Assembly: GCA_051013385.1 (NCBI GenBank)
Contig: CP143273.1
Span: forward strand, 768,001 to 832,000
DNA length: 64,000 nt
Direction of reading: 5' to 3'
From: Phormidium sp.
Lineage (GTDB): Bacteria > Cyanobacteriota > Cyanobacteriia > Cyanobacteriales > Aerosakkonemataceae
In this document: positions 31,673 to 40,666 of the stretch, in pieces
Layout of the letters: every line of letters begins with the position of its first letter
Position numbering within the stretch: position 1 is the stretch's first letter
Notes under the pieces: generated by a model
What the model saw: the letters and a program-made list of their open reading frames with translations, nothing else
The model's database searches: none
What the model was told of the DNA's origin: nothing
Position numbers and translations under genes: made by a program

Positions 31673-31674
31673 TA

Positions 31675-31740
31675 TGTAGGGACACGGCATCCTAAATATT
31701 CTGCACTAGAGAATAAGGTTAATTATGCCGTGTCCCTACA
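31675..31740. repeat. REP element TGTAGGGACACGGCAT...ATGCCGTGTCCCTACA
   Basis: Perfect 16 bp inverted arms. Confidence 0.85.
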
Positions 31741-31785
31741 CAACCTTATGCCTGCGTACTAACGGGTATTCCCGCCCGTGAACCG

Positions 31786-31968
31786 CTCTAAAGAGGACTA
31801 AAATATTGCTAATCAAAATCAACGATTTCAGTCCATTTTAATGGACTTCAGCTATTAGCCTGCGAATCAATTCGCAGGCGGGCTCAAACCGCAGACACAA
31901 GATCTCAGATCGCAGTTTTATCTAATCTTTTGGCAATCCTAAATCTGGCAAACCTTTAACAATTTTAA
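31786..31968. repeat. 183 bp direct repeat, copy 1 (copy 2 at 32252-32434): 3' end of specificity gene plus REP hairpins
   Basis: Manual alignment at offset 466 bp with about 8 mismatches. Confidence 0.93.
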
Positions 31969-32168
31969 TTGCCATGTTTTACCCACTCTGTCATATCAAT
32001 TAACTCTTCATCTTCATAATCTGCTAGTGAACCAAACATTTCCTTCAGTTCTTCTTGTTCTTCATCACTTACATAAGGTATCAAAGCTTGGCAGAGTAAA
32101 AGTCTTTCTTCTCTTAAAACTTCGCGGACGCTTTCTTTAATTAACGCTTTCAGTTCTTCCTTTTCCAT
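31965..32168 (-). CDS. Small acidic putative antitoxin
   Basis: ELKALIKESVREVLREE...; its stop overlaps a downstream ATG (MAIK...), as in type II TA pairs. Confidence 0.65.
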   Translation of the reverse strand: MEKEELKALIKESVREVLREERLLLCQALIPYVSDEEQEELKEMFGSLADYEDEELIDMTEWVKHGN

Positions 32169-32251
32169 TGTTGTTACCTATTTTTTAACTGAATTTTCGA
32201 CAGTCGCAACAGCCGCCTGCGAATTGATTCGCACCGCGAGTAGCTAAAGTC

Positions 32252-32434
32252 CTCTAAAGAGGACTAAAATATTGCTAATCAAAATCAACGCTTTCAGTCC
32301 ATTTTAATGGACTTCAGCTATTAGCCTGCGAATTGATTCGCAGGCGGGATCAAAGCGCAGACACAAGATCTCAGATCGCAGTTTTATCTAATCTTTCGGC
32401 AATCCTAAATCAGGCAAACCTTTGACAATTTTAA
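32252..32434. repeat. 183 bp direct repeat, copy 2
   Basis: Matches 31786-31968. Confidence 0.93.
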
Positions 32435-33707
32435 CGGTTTCTAAACTAACTGTAATCACCTGTTTAATTAAGCGGACAATATATTCCTCATCATCCAGTC
32501 GATTCGGGTCATTTGTAATCCCGCTCCGTTTATCTGTGCTAACTTGATATTGGTCAATAATCCAATCTAAAGCGGAACGGTTGCCTAAGCGATATTCAAA
32601 TACTTCCGGGGGAATTCCTGCTAAGGTGAGAAAGTCGTTATATTTGATTTGGGTTTTATCTTTGGAAAGGCGCATTTTTTCCACACGCCAATCAATTGGT
32701 AAATCTTTATTTTCGATATGTTTCAGGCGATATTCTGGTTGTTGTTCGTAGTTAACGTGAATTTCTGCCAGTCGTTTTCCTGCTGTGGCGAAAGGATGAA
32801 ATTCTGGCGCAAAAGGTATGCGGGGAAGTTCTCTTTTTAGGTTAGCTGCGTAGCGTTCTCGGTAGTCGGGATGATGGAGAATTGCATAAATATAATGGAA
32901 AATATCCCATTTGGTAATTGTGGGATCTTGATAATGTTTGCGATATTGTTCTAACGCCCAATCTGTAATGTTTTCTTTGCGGTTTGTTCCGTCTTCATTG
33001 TAGGTGTAGAATGGGAAACATTGAGAACCACCTTGAGGTAATAAATCTGGGATTCGATTAACCACTAAAGAGAAAGCTGGAATTTCACTCCCTACTTTCA
33101 ACCAAATCACCATATTTTTTGTTTCTAAAGCAGGAAAGATATAAGGAAATTGTCCCAAGCGATGTATCAAAACATCATCAAAATATACATATTGATAAGT
33201 AAAAGGTCGATACAGAGAAGGTCTGATGTTCTTTGGCTCAAAAACTACCGTCTTATTAGATACCAAACACTCTTTTAATCTACTACTCCATTTAATCTTT
33301 GTTTCGTCAGATAACACAAAATCATCTACTTGCTCTCCTGGTTTTCTTTGAGTATTCCATAAATAAACTTGTTCATTATATGTATTGATAAATGCTTGAA
33401 TATTATTGATTAATGTTTGATTACTAAAATTGTAAGCCCAACTGTCCCTAGAAGTTTGAATTCCTATACTATAATTTATAAATAATGCCGAGCATGAAAA
33501 ATTTTCCTTGGTTGTTTTATTACCAATTGCCAGAAAAGTTTCAAATTCATCCTCTAAACCTTCAGTCAACCAATTATAATTTTTATCAGGCTTAATTTCT
33601 TGCCAATCTACATTACCAATATGCTCAAGCTTTTCTAAATAAGCTAACTTTTCCTCTTTCCGCCAAAACTCATCCATTCGAGCATAATAAATTTGTGCTT
33701 TTCTCAT
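32388..33707 (-). CDS. Type ISP/LlaBIII-like C-terminal specificity (TRD) protein, standalone
   Basis: G..TSRDSWAYN, YRPF, IFHYIYAILH..Y..RYAANLKRELPRIP, YRLGNRSALDWIIDQY; own AGGA-ATG start overlapping the parE stop (ATGA). Confidence 0.85.
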   Translation of the reverse strand: MRKAQIYYARMDEFWRKEEKLAYLEKLEHIGNVDWQEIKPDKNYNWLTEGLEDEFETFLAIGNKTTKENFSCSALFINYSIGIQTSRDSWAYNFSNQTLINNIQAFINTYNEQVYLWNTQRKPGEQVDDFVLSDETKIKWSSRLKECLVSNKTVVFEPKNIRPSLYRPFTYQYVYFDDVLIHRLGQFPYIFPALETKNMVIWLKVGSEIPAFSLVVNRIPDLLPQGGSQCFPFYTYNEDGTNRKENITDWALEQYRKHYQDPTITKWDIFHYIYAILHHPDYRERYAANLKRELPRIPFAPEFHPFATAGKRLAEIHVNYEQQPEYRLKHIENKDLPIDWRVEKMRLSKDKTQIKYNDFLTLAGIPPEVFEYRLGNRSALDWIIDQYQVSTDKRSGITNDPNRLDDEEYIVRLIKQVITVSLETVKIVKGLPDLGLPKD

Positions 33708-34012
33708 AAATTATTCCTAAAATCCTCAAACAAAGCTTGCAAATTCCTCCTTCCATAAGCAACACGGACAATATCAATTCCATCTTCACGGGGATAATAA
33801 AAAACAATATAATCATCAACGATGAAACCACGCAAATCCTGTCTAATATGACTATAATCCTTACCCATGTTAGGGAAACTGGCAACTAACTTACATTTTT
33901 GTCGAATAGAATCAAACAGTTGACTAGCAGCTTTTACATTAGTTTGCGCGATAAATTCACAGATTTGATTCAAATCCTTAACTGCCGCTTCAGAGAAAAT
34001 GTAACTTGCCAT
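33704..34012 (-). CDS. parE: ParE/RelE family toxin
   Basis: SEAAVKDLNQI..FIA, FPNMG, YIVFY..EDGIDIVRVAYGRRNL. Confidence 0.88.
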   Translation of the reverse strand: MASYIFSEAAVKDLNQICEFIAQTNVKAASQLFDSIRQKCKLVASFPNMGKDYSHIRQDLRGFIVDDYIVFYYPREDGIDIVRVAYGRRNLQALFEDFRNNL

Positions 34013-34014
34013 AT

Positions 34015-34272
34015 TTAGCCTTTTTCCATCTGTTTTAGCTTTTCTTGTAACTGCTGAAAAACTAATTCACCATCAACAACTTTTCCTTGACGAATTTGTT
34101 CTGTTCCTTCATCAATTTTTGACCTTAGCTCAAGCAGTTGTTTTTCTTGATAATCATGTTCTTCTAAAAGTTGAAATGCTACTGCTAATAACTCATCAAC
34201 ACTTTGATATTTACCTTGTTGTAATTTTTCGATGACAAACTTTTCTTGTTCTGGCTTTAAGGCTATTTGCAT
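34015..34272 (-). CDS. parD: ParD-like antitoxin
   Basis: MQIALKPEQEKFV...GKYQSVDE...ELRSKIDEG...G.VVDGE.VF; directly upstream of parE. Confidence 0.85.
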   Translation of the reverse strand: MQIALKPEQEKFVIEKLQQGKYQSVDELLAVAFQLLEEHDYQEKQLLELRSKIDEGTEQIRQGKVVDGELVFQQLQEKLKQMEKG

Positions 34273-34307
34273 TTTTCTCTCCTTCTTATGACATCTCTAC
34301 AATTTAA

Positions 34308-36080
34308 TTATATTGACTCTACACGCTTTCTGACCAAAATATTAATACTCACACCTACCTGAATCCCAAACACATTATGAGTTGTTCCTGAAAGCTTCGG
34401 ATTTTTGCGAACATTTCCCCCTAAATCAAACACATACATTTTATCGAAATCTTTTTCTAACTCTTGTCTCATCCCGTCAAAAGCTATTTGATCGATAAAG
34501 CTGTTATTGGTGACAAAAGCAATAATTCCTTCTTCTGTAATTCTATCACTCGCCCAGCGAATTGCTTTTACATAAGGATCGGAAAGAGCATTTTTATTAG
34601 TTGCTTTGGATGCTTTGGCGTAAGTTGCTGAAACAACATCATCTATTCCGGTTTTATCTTTTGTCGTATATCTCCGGTTTTTATTATTATCATTTTCGTT
34701 CAACTGTCCTACATTATAAGGAGGATTGCCAACAATTACAAAAATATTCGTTTGTCTTTGCTTTTCTACCCGCTTCATATTAGCAGGACTAAATAAATCT
34801 AACTGTTGAACTGCTTGATCTTCAAAGGTATCAACCAAACAAATCCCTTCAAAAGATTTATATTCCCCAGCTTGCTCAAAATATTCATGTTCAATATTCA
34901 TCGAAGCAATATAATAAGGTAACAACATCACCTCATTACAATGCAATTCATGTTCATATTTATAAGGTAAAGCCGATTTTTGAATCTCCACAATTTCTCG
35001 CATTACCCGAATGATAAAATTCCCCGTTCCCACAAAAGGATCAAGAACGTGAACGCCTTTATCAACTAACGACTTGCCAAACTCTTTTTGTAAAATCTCC
35101 TCAACACTTTTGACGATAAAATTAACTATTGGTTGGGGAGTATAAACAATCCCGTGAGTATCAGCAACCTTTACCGAAAAACCTTGGAAAAAACGCTCAT
35201 AAATGCGATTGAGAAAATCCTGTTTATGCCCATAATCATCAATTGTAGCTGCGGTTTCTTCGATCGCACCATAAAACCGATCCAACTTACTCAAAAAATG
35301 ACTCCGACTAAAAGATTTCGCAGTTAAAGCATTAATTACTTTCTCAATCTCTACCGCAATAATATTCCGTTGTGCAAAATCAGGATTATTAAACACGCTG
35401 CGAAAAATCCGTTCAGTCAATAAATGCTGAATCAACATTTCTTCAACCGCCGCCTCGGAAAGATTCGGATTAATTGACTGACGACAAAGTAACAGAAAAT
35501 CCGCAAAAGCATCAATAAACTTTTTGTTTTTCTTCTCCTGATCTCGGATTAATTCCAGTAAAGCTGTAGCGTGTTCTTTAACGCGAATCCCAAATTCTTC
35601 AACCGCCCTTTCCCATTGTTCAATAGCTGGCGGACGATATTCAAAAAACTGGCGCACCACATCTACTAAAGCCTGTGGTTTAGTGATGTCTTCATCCATT
35701 ACCAGTTTACCATCTTGATAGAGAATTGCGCGATCGGGCCGTTGAAAAATGATATTATCTTTGGGATAGCCAACTGCAAACTTTTTCTGAATTTGCTTTT
35801 TTAAATCATCCTTAATATCTTTAGCTTCCCAATAAGCACGGGCTAAATTATAATCATCAACTAATGCCCCATCAATCCGAATAGGCTGTTTTTTCGGGCG
35901 CTTAAATGTCCACTCTGGTACAAGTGTCCATTTAAACTGTTTCCCACAAGACTCAAGCAACTGATGAAAAGCTGTTTTCACAGCCCCTTCATGCTCAACC
36001 CCTAATTTAGCATATTGCTCTAAAGCTTCGTAGTAGAGTTTAACAGGTTTGTTAGTTGACTTGAGGTTGAGATTAGGCAT
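34308..36080 (-). CDS. Type IIG/ISP-like nuclease + N6-adenine DNA methyltransferase lacking its TRD
   Basis: N-terminal PD-(D/E)xK-like IDG...WEAK; GIVYTP, motif I LDPFVGTGNF, motif IV NPPY; ends at HNVFGIQVGVSINILVRK. Confidence 0.88.
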   Translation of the reverse strand: MPNLNLKSTNKPVKLYYEALEQYAKLGVEHEGAVKTAFHQLLESCGKQFKWTLVPEWTFKRPKKQPIRIDGALVDDYNLARAYWEAKDIKDDLKKQIQKKFAVGYPKDNIIFQRPDRAILYQDGKLVMDEDITKPQALVDVVRQFFEYRPPAIEQWERAVEEFGIRVKEHATALLELIRDQEKKNKKFIDAFADFLLLCRQSINPNLSEAAVEEMLIQHLLTERIFRSVFNNPDFAQRNIIAVEIEKVINALTAKSFSRSHFLSKLDRFYGAIEETAATIDDYGHKQDFLNRIYERFFQGFSVKVADTHGIVYTPQPIVNFIVKSVEEILQKEFGKSLVDKGVHVLDPFVGTGNFIIRVMREIVEIQKSALPYKYEHELHCNEVMLLPYYIASMNIEHEYFEQAGEYKSFEGICLVDTFEDQAVQQLDLFSPANMKRVEKQRQTNIFVIVGNPPYNVGQLNENDNNKNRRYTTKDKTGIDDVVSATYAKASKATNKNALSDPYVKAIRWASDRITEEGIIAFVTNNSFIDQIAFDGMRQELEKDFDKMYVFDLGGNVRKNPKLSGTTHNVFGIQVGVSINILVRKRVESI

Positions 36081-36170
36081 ATCTAAATTTTACCTAATTA
36101 AGTTATTTTCGGATTTGTAAGTAGGGGTGAGATTAACCCTTATAATATCCCAACTTATCCGATTAACTAA

Positions 36171-36743
36171 TCAAATTCCGATTTCCTTAAACATTAAAAC
36201 ACTCTCATAATTTTCTAAATCTAAAAATCTATCCTTTCGCAAAATTCCTACTTGCTGAAAACCTTGTTTTTCGTGAAATTCGATCGATCGCACATTCCCC
36301 AAAGGTTTACTAACAACAAAAGCTGAAATAAATGAATTGGGAAACTTTTCATAAAGTGACTTATACATAAACTGAGCAATACCTTTACCCTGATACTCCA
36401 ACTGAGTCGCTACTACTTGAATATAAAGATGCCTGACACTGCGAATTTTATCTTTACAAGAATCATCTTGCCAAATAATCTGATTTAAAAATTCATTGCT
36501 AATTTTGGGTTTTGCCAAAGCCAAAAATCCCAAAACTTCCCCGCTAAAGTTAACAGCAAGAAAATACTTATTAGTTCCTTGATATAAATTTTTTTGAATC
36601 TCCGATTCTGTGGTTTTAGCTAAGAGAAAGCCAGAATTATGCGAGAGATTCTGACCTCGAACATTAGTATTATGAATATCAACAATTGCCGCTATATTGT
36701 TGGTTTGGGTTTCAACAAAACTTAAGTCTTGGATCTGGATCAT
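36171..36743 (-). CDS. GNAT family N-acetyltransferase
   Basis: QVVATQLEYQGKGIA acetyl-CoA motif, N.RSIEFHEKQGF; likely start MIQIQDL. Confidence 0.8.
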   Translation of the reverse strand: MIQIQDLSFVETQTNNIAAIVDIHNTNVRGQNLSHNSGFLLAKTTESEIQKNLYQGTNKYFLAVNFSGEVLGFLALAKPKISNEFLNQIIWQDDSCKDKIRSVRHLYIQVVATQLEYQGKGIAQFMYKSLYEKFPNSFISAFVVSKPLGNVRSIEFHEKQGFQQVGILRKDRFLDLENYESVLMFKEIGI

Positions 36744-36830
36744 AATATTAATAATTTCCAAGTTTTTTGCTTTAGCTAAAAATATGGTTGCACAATATGA
36801 TATCATAAAATAATAGCATAAATTATAACT

Positions 36831-37085
36831 ATGGAAAGAGAAGCTGTAACTATTCGCATCCCTAGCGATTTGTTGGAGCAAGCAAGACAGTTTCGCGAAG
36901 GTGGAGAGTCTTTTAATGAGATGGTGGTTGATGCGATCGCACGCGAAGTAAAAAGAAGGCGCAGTCTAGCAGCACATCAGCGAATTGTAGCTCGAAGTGC
37001 GGAAATAGAAGCCAAAACAGGCATTCAACCAAGTTCTGTAGAATTGATTCGTCAGCTACGAACAGATGAGGGAAGGCGTGAGTAA
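36831..37085 (+). CDS. Ribbon-helix-helix antitoxin
   Basis: VTIRIPSDLL...SFNEMVVDAI; C-terminal SVELIRQLR; overlaps the PIN start. Confidence 0.75.
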   Translation: MEREAVTIRIPSDLLEQARQFREGGESFNEMVVDAIAREVKRRRSLAAHQRIVARSAEIEAKTGIQPSSVELIRQLRTDEGRRE

Positions 37086-37239
37086 ATGTATCGATACTAG
37101 TGTTTGGATTCCTTATCTTTTACCGGAAACATTGCAACCCCAAGCGAGGAATTTGATCGCTCCCTTACTAACATCAAATGAGCGTTTAGTCGCACCTGCA
37201 TTTGCTTGGACAGAAGTAGGCTCAGTATTACGAAAATAG
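37078..37239 (+). pseudogene. Truncated PIN/VapC toxin (53 aa)
   Basis: GTG start overlapping the antitoxin; CIDTSVWI...APAFAWTEVGSVLRK* with no continuation. Confidence 0.8.
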
Positions 37240-37268
37240 GTATAATTTAGATAACTGCAATTAAAATT

Positions 37269-37751
37269 ATGACTCCTAATTTAGTTCGGGAAGTAACCCA
37301 ATTAACAGATATCAGAGAAATAGCAGAGATTACAATGAAGGTTTTTTTGCAAATCTGCTGGAAAGCAACCCTAACTTATGGAGATGAATTAAGCCTTCAT
37401 ATTGGTGCGAAGATTCCTTACTCACAAAAATCGATGGCTGGTAAACAAAAAGGTGAGTGGATAGTAGGTACGAGAGGAAATCCTTGGCAACTTAAATCAG
37501 GAGGGGAAACGATCGCTAATTCTGAAGAAGATGCGGAGAGTATTAGAGGAAAAGTAAAAGCGATCGAAAATAATCATATTAGTTGGTTTGTCCCTACTCC
37601 AGAGTTAGATTTTAATAGAGCCTCATCAAATGCTTTTTTTTACTCAGATCTTGCACTCCTGGAGGTAGAACCTCCCAGATCTTCGTTCCCAGGTTCAACC
37701 TGGGAACGAAAAATTAGAATCAGGAATCGATCCTTATTGCCCTCGAATTAG
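37269..37751 (+). CDS. Hypothetical protein; C-terminus probably derived from a repeat element
   Basis: ATG ORF; 37661-37712 matches the REP at 59059-59128. Confidence 0.55.
   Translation: MTPNLVREVTQLTDIREIAEITMKVFLQICWKATLTYGDELSLHIGAKIPYSQKSMAGKQKGEWIVGTRGNPWQLKSGGETIANSEEDAESIRGKVKAIENNHISWFVPTPELDFNRASSNAFFYSDLALLEVEPPRSSFPGSTWERKIRIRNRSLLPSN
37661..37712. repeat. REP-like double hairpin GGAGGTAGAACCTCC / CCAGGTTCAACCTGG
   Basis: Same element at 59059-59128. Confidence 0.75.
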
Positions 37752-38279
37752 CTTAAGAGTTTTCTCCGGTAAATGGTGTGTTCCCCCTTCAGAGGATTTG
37801 AGTGTTGCCACATCATCAGTCACGCTGCTAAATAAATCAAGAAGTCGTCCTTCCAGAACTTTTCTCCGCTCTAGATCGCTCTCATTCCACATCTGATTTA
37901 GTAATTCAGAAGTATGTCTATGTATTAGCAGAGCAGTCACAGGCGGTACATTTTTGAAAGCAGCAACTATTTGAGCTTTCATCGAGTCTAACTCTTTCAA
38001 AAAGTTGGCATAGTCTTTAGTTTCTTGCTCAACTTTCATTTTCAGTCTTTCAATTTCACCTTCATACTCAAGAGCAAGCTTGTTTAATTCTTGCTTAATT
38101 TCTGCTTTTCTTTTTTGAATTTGCTCTTGCAAATCAAGTTCGAGCATTTCCTTTTTGGCTCGATTCTTGTAGATGGTATCAAGATTATTTTCCATCCATT
38201 GAGTATTTAAACTCTTAGTAGCAAGCATTAATTCCGAGACAAATCTTGCCAAATTAGTAGCTACTTCCATAGAATCCAT
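37734..38279 (-). CDS. Hypothetical coiled-coil protein
   Basis: 181 aa, charged heptad segment, overlaps the upstream ORF. Confidence 0.7.
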   Translation of the reverse strand: MDSMEVATNLARFVSELMLATKSLNTQWMENNLDTIYKNRAKKEMLELDLQEQIQKRKAEIKQELNKLALEYEGEIERLKMKVEQETKDYANFLKELDSMKAQIVAAFKNVPPVTALLIHRHTSELLNQMWNESDLERRKVLEGRLLDLFSSVTDDVATLKSSEGGTHHLPEKTLKLIRGQ

Positions 38280-38650
38280 GCTTTCTTTCCTTCCTGAATC
38301 AGCTTAGTAAACTCTGCTTCTATATTTTCTACGTCACAATAGCAAACTATCTCAGCTAAAACAATCATTTTTTCGTAGTTTCTCTGTCGATAATAAATCC
38401 GTTTATATTTATGAATTTTCTCCATTAAGTCTACTGCTAATAACGGTTTTATAAAACGTAGCCTGGAGTCTATACATACTAGACAGTCAGTGATTTGAGT
38501 GTATTGATGTTGCTTCCAGATTAAATCAACTTTAGCTTTTCCTTCTAATTTTATACGGCGAATTCTTTTTATATATCTGGCATGAAGCCTTGAAAATTGC
38601 CATTTGATCCACCTTTTTCTTAGAACCGCCTGAAGCCTTTTCCAACACAT
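38261..38650 (-). CDS. Hypothetical basic protein
   Basis: 129 aa ATG ORF overlapping the next gene by 19 nt. Confidence 0.55.
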   Translation of the reverse strand: MCWKRLQAVLRKRWIKWQFSRLHARYIKRIRRIKLEGKAKVDLIWKQHQYTQITDCLVCIDSRLRFIKPLLAVDLMEKIHKYKRIYYRQRNYEKMIVLAEIVCYCDVENIEAEFTKLIQEGKKAWILWK

Positions 38651-38727
38651 CTCAAAATCTCAAAATATGAACGCTACAAGTTGCGAAATGCCAATAATCA
38701 CAGCATAACTATCGATTCTAGAAATGT

Positions 38728-39180
38728 TTATCTACCAAAAACTCCAATACCGTAGCGGCAAGGTGCATTTCGGCAACTAGGCATATAAATTTTGAGCCGA
38801 AAACGAGCATTCCAGCGCGGCTCAACTTTGACAACCGGAAAGTCGTCTTTCTGAACATCAGAAGCAACAACATTACCATTATCATCATAAATTTTCAAAT
38901 CAAGGTCACTACAGTCCTGATCGCAAACACCTACAATTGCATAACTCACACCTGCTTTTAAATTCAGATTTAAGTCATCTTCACCACCATTACCAAGATC
39001 ACCAATAAATGGTTCATGTGTTAAGCCATAGCCTCCATAACCAGCACTTCTTACTACTCGAATAAGCTGGGTACGAACTTGCTCAGTAAAACGATCGGCA
39101 GCAACGGAAAATTTTTCTGGTAAAATAACAAAACTCCATAATGTAGCACTCAAAGTAAATCCTACTAAAACTCTATTCAT
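38728..39180 (-). CDS. Exported protein with PPC-like beta domain
   Basis: Signal peptide; GVCDQDCSDLDLKIYDDNGNVVASD motif; GAGG RBS. Confidence 0.75.
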   Translation of the reverse strand: MNRVLVGFTLSATLWSFVILPEKFSVAADRFTEQVRTQLIRVVRSAGYGGYGLTHEPFIGDLGNGGEDDLNLNLKAGVSYAIVGVCDQDCSDLDLKIYDDNGNVVASDVQKDDFPVVKVEPRWNARFRLKIYMPSCRNAPCRYGIGVFGR

Positions 39181-39284
39181 CTCAACCTCTTTGAGTTGTT
39201 ATTACAAGACTTTAGGTCTGGTGAGTCAATCCCATCTAACAACCAGTGATAATTGCGCTTTTAGCGAATTTTCAGTAAAAGAAT

Positions 39285-39761
39285 CTACTCTTCTGCAAGT
39301 AGAACAGAACAGTTATTACCACCAATGTTTGCCAGCAGCTTGAAATTTTTCCCATTAGATACATCAATGGTTCCTTGTCCAGCACAAGTACGGACTATCC
39401 CATCCTTAAACGTTGCCCTTGCGCTAGCCGTATAGGTATGATGGCCGGAACTTGGCACAGTCACTCGCAGTATCGATTGTGGAAAATCTTGATTAACCGT
39501 AAGTGTCCCAACCATTTTTCCGTCTATCCAAACAGTTACCTGTTCGCTGACTTGCCCAATGTCAGTGCCGAGATCGTCACTAATGCTAAAGTTAACTGGT
39601 GATTGAGAAGGTGGAGGGCTTGGAGTTGATGGTATAGTCGGAGATGGCGTGGGAGACGGGGTAGGTATAACCCTAGCTATTAGGGCACTGCTTACTACAC
39701 CTATCAAACCAACTATTGCAACTATTATTTGTACCTGATGGCTTTGATCCTTTTGACTCAT
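39285..39761 (-). CDS. Membrane-anchored protein with Pro/Ser/Thr stalk and beta domain
   Basis: TM IIVAIVGLIGVVSSALIA, then PTPSPTPSPT linker, two Cys. Confidence 0.7.
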   Translation of the reverse strand: MSQKDQSHQVQIIVAIVGLIGVVSSALIARVIPTPSPTPSPTIPSTPSPPPSQSPVNFSISDDLGTDIGQVSEQVTVWIDGKMVGTLTVNQDFPQSILRVTVPSSGHHTYTASARATFKDGIVRTCAGQGTIDVSNGKNFKLLANIGGNNCSVLLAEE

Positions 39762-39958
39762 TAGCAGTAACTTTTTACCCTGACATTGCAAGTGCATAAT
39801 ATCGTTTACGCCAATGATTACTACAAATAGGTATTGGGAACCTCCCCCTGGTCAACCCGTTGTGTAGCAAACATTTAGGTAATCCATACAACAGATCGTG
39901 TTATGTACAACACAGCTTTCCCTAATGCTAGCTCTGCCGCTTAACAACTGAAAAGCCC

Positions 39959-40038
39959 AAAAAGTTGGAAAAAGTTGGATCTTTTTCAAAGAGGAATGCA
40001 GCCGAAAAAAAAGTTGCAAAAAGTGGGAAAAAGTTGGT
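39959..40038 (+). repeat. Five AAAAAGT(T/G)G(G/C) decamer direct repeats in two clusters
   Basis: aaaaagttggaaaaagttgg and aaaaagttgcaaaaagtgggaaaaagttgg. Confidence 0.75.
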
Positions 40039-40071
40039 TATAGTAACCATAGTTATCTATTCTAACTATTT

Positions 40072-40593
40072 ATGGACATCCCTGAATTATTGCAATTTAT
40101 TGATGAAGCTGTTTATGCCAAGACGAACAAACATCTCAATAACTTGCAAAGGAGGATTATCACGGGAATCTTGAAAAATCAAAAGTATGCGGATGTTTCC
40201 AAAACTTATGGTTATAGCGCCCAGCACGTTAAAAAAGCCAGCCACGAACTTTTGCAAATGTTATCTGATATTTTTGGTGAACAAGTTAAGAAAAGTAATC
40301 TAGAATCTGTATTAGAACGACAAATAAATTTAAAGATAATTGGTAATAAAACTAATAATCAAAGTACCCAAAACATTATAGGTATAGGTTCTATCAGCAG
40401 TTGTCCTAGTTCCTCAAATTCTAACCCAGAAAAAAGTGATCCTGAAACTACTAACTTTCAGCAACAAAGCCAGAATCAAACTAAGATTGAAACAATAGAT
40501 AAATTACGGAAATTTGGTTTAAGCAATGAGCAAATTGCAGAGGCGTTAGACATACCTTTAGATGTAATTAATCAGATGGAATTGGATGAGTGA
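40072..40593 (+). CDS. HTH protein related to the N-terminal HTH of cyanobacterial NB-ARC/AAA-like proteins
   Basis: KHLNNLQR.II.G.L..QKY...Y....VK..SHEL.Q.LS...GEQV.KSNL; second HTH-like GLSNEQIAEAL at the C-terminus. Confidence 0.7.
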   Translation: MDIPELLQFIDEAVYAKTNKHLNNLQRRIITGILKNQKYADVSKTYGYSAQHVKKASHELLQMLSDIFGEQVKKSNLESVLERQINLKIIGNKTNNQSTQNIIGIGSISSCPSSSNSNPEKSDPETTNFQQQSQNQTKIETIDKLRKFGLSNEQIAEALDIPLDVINQMELDE

Positions 40594-40615
40594 ATCTGCC
40601 AAAATCTTAATTAAA

Positions 40616-40666
40616 TTATTGATTTTCTTCATCTTCATTAACTTGAACAAAAGGTCGATCAGACAT
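40616..40666 (-). pseudogene. Internally deleted toxin remnant (MSDRPFVQVNEDEENQ*)
   Basis: ATG overlaps the antitoxin stop; only 16 codons remain. Confidence 0.5.

Noticed and set aside
33700..34330. parDE insert as an excisable element (nif-type interruption) or intron
   Set aside because: No convincing flanking direct repeat beyond AGAAA(A)GC, no recombinase, and the downstream half has its own RBS and start
36171..37085. GNAT + RHH as an AtaRT-type TA pair
   Set aside because: Genes are divergent and the RHH is coupled to a PIN remnant
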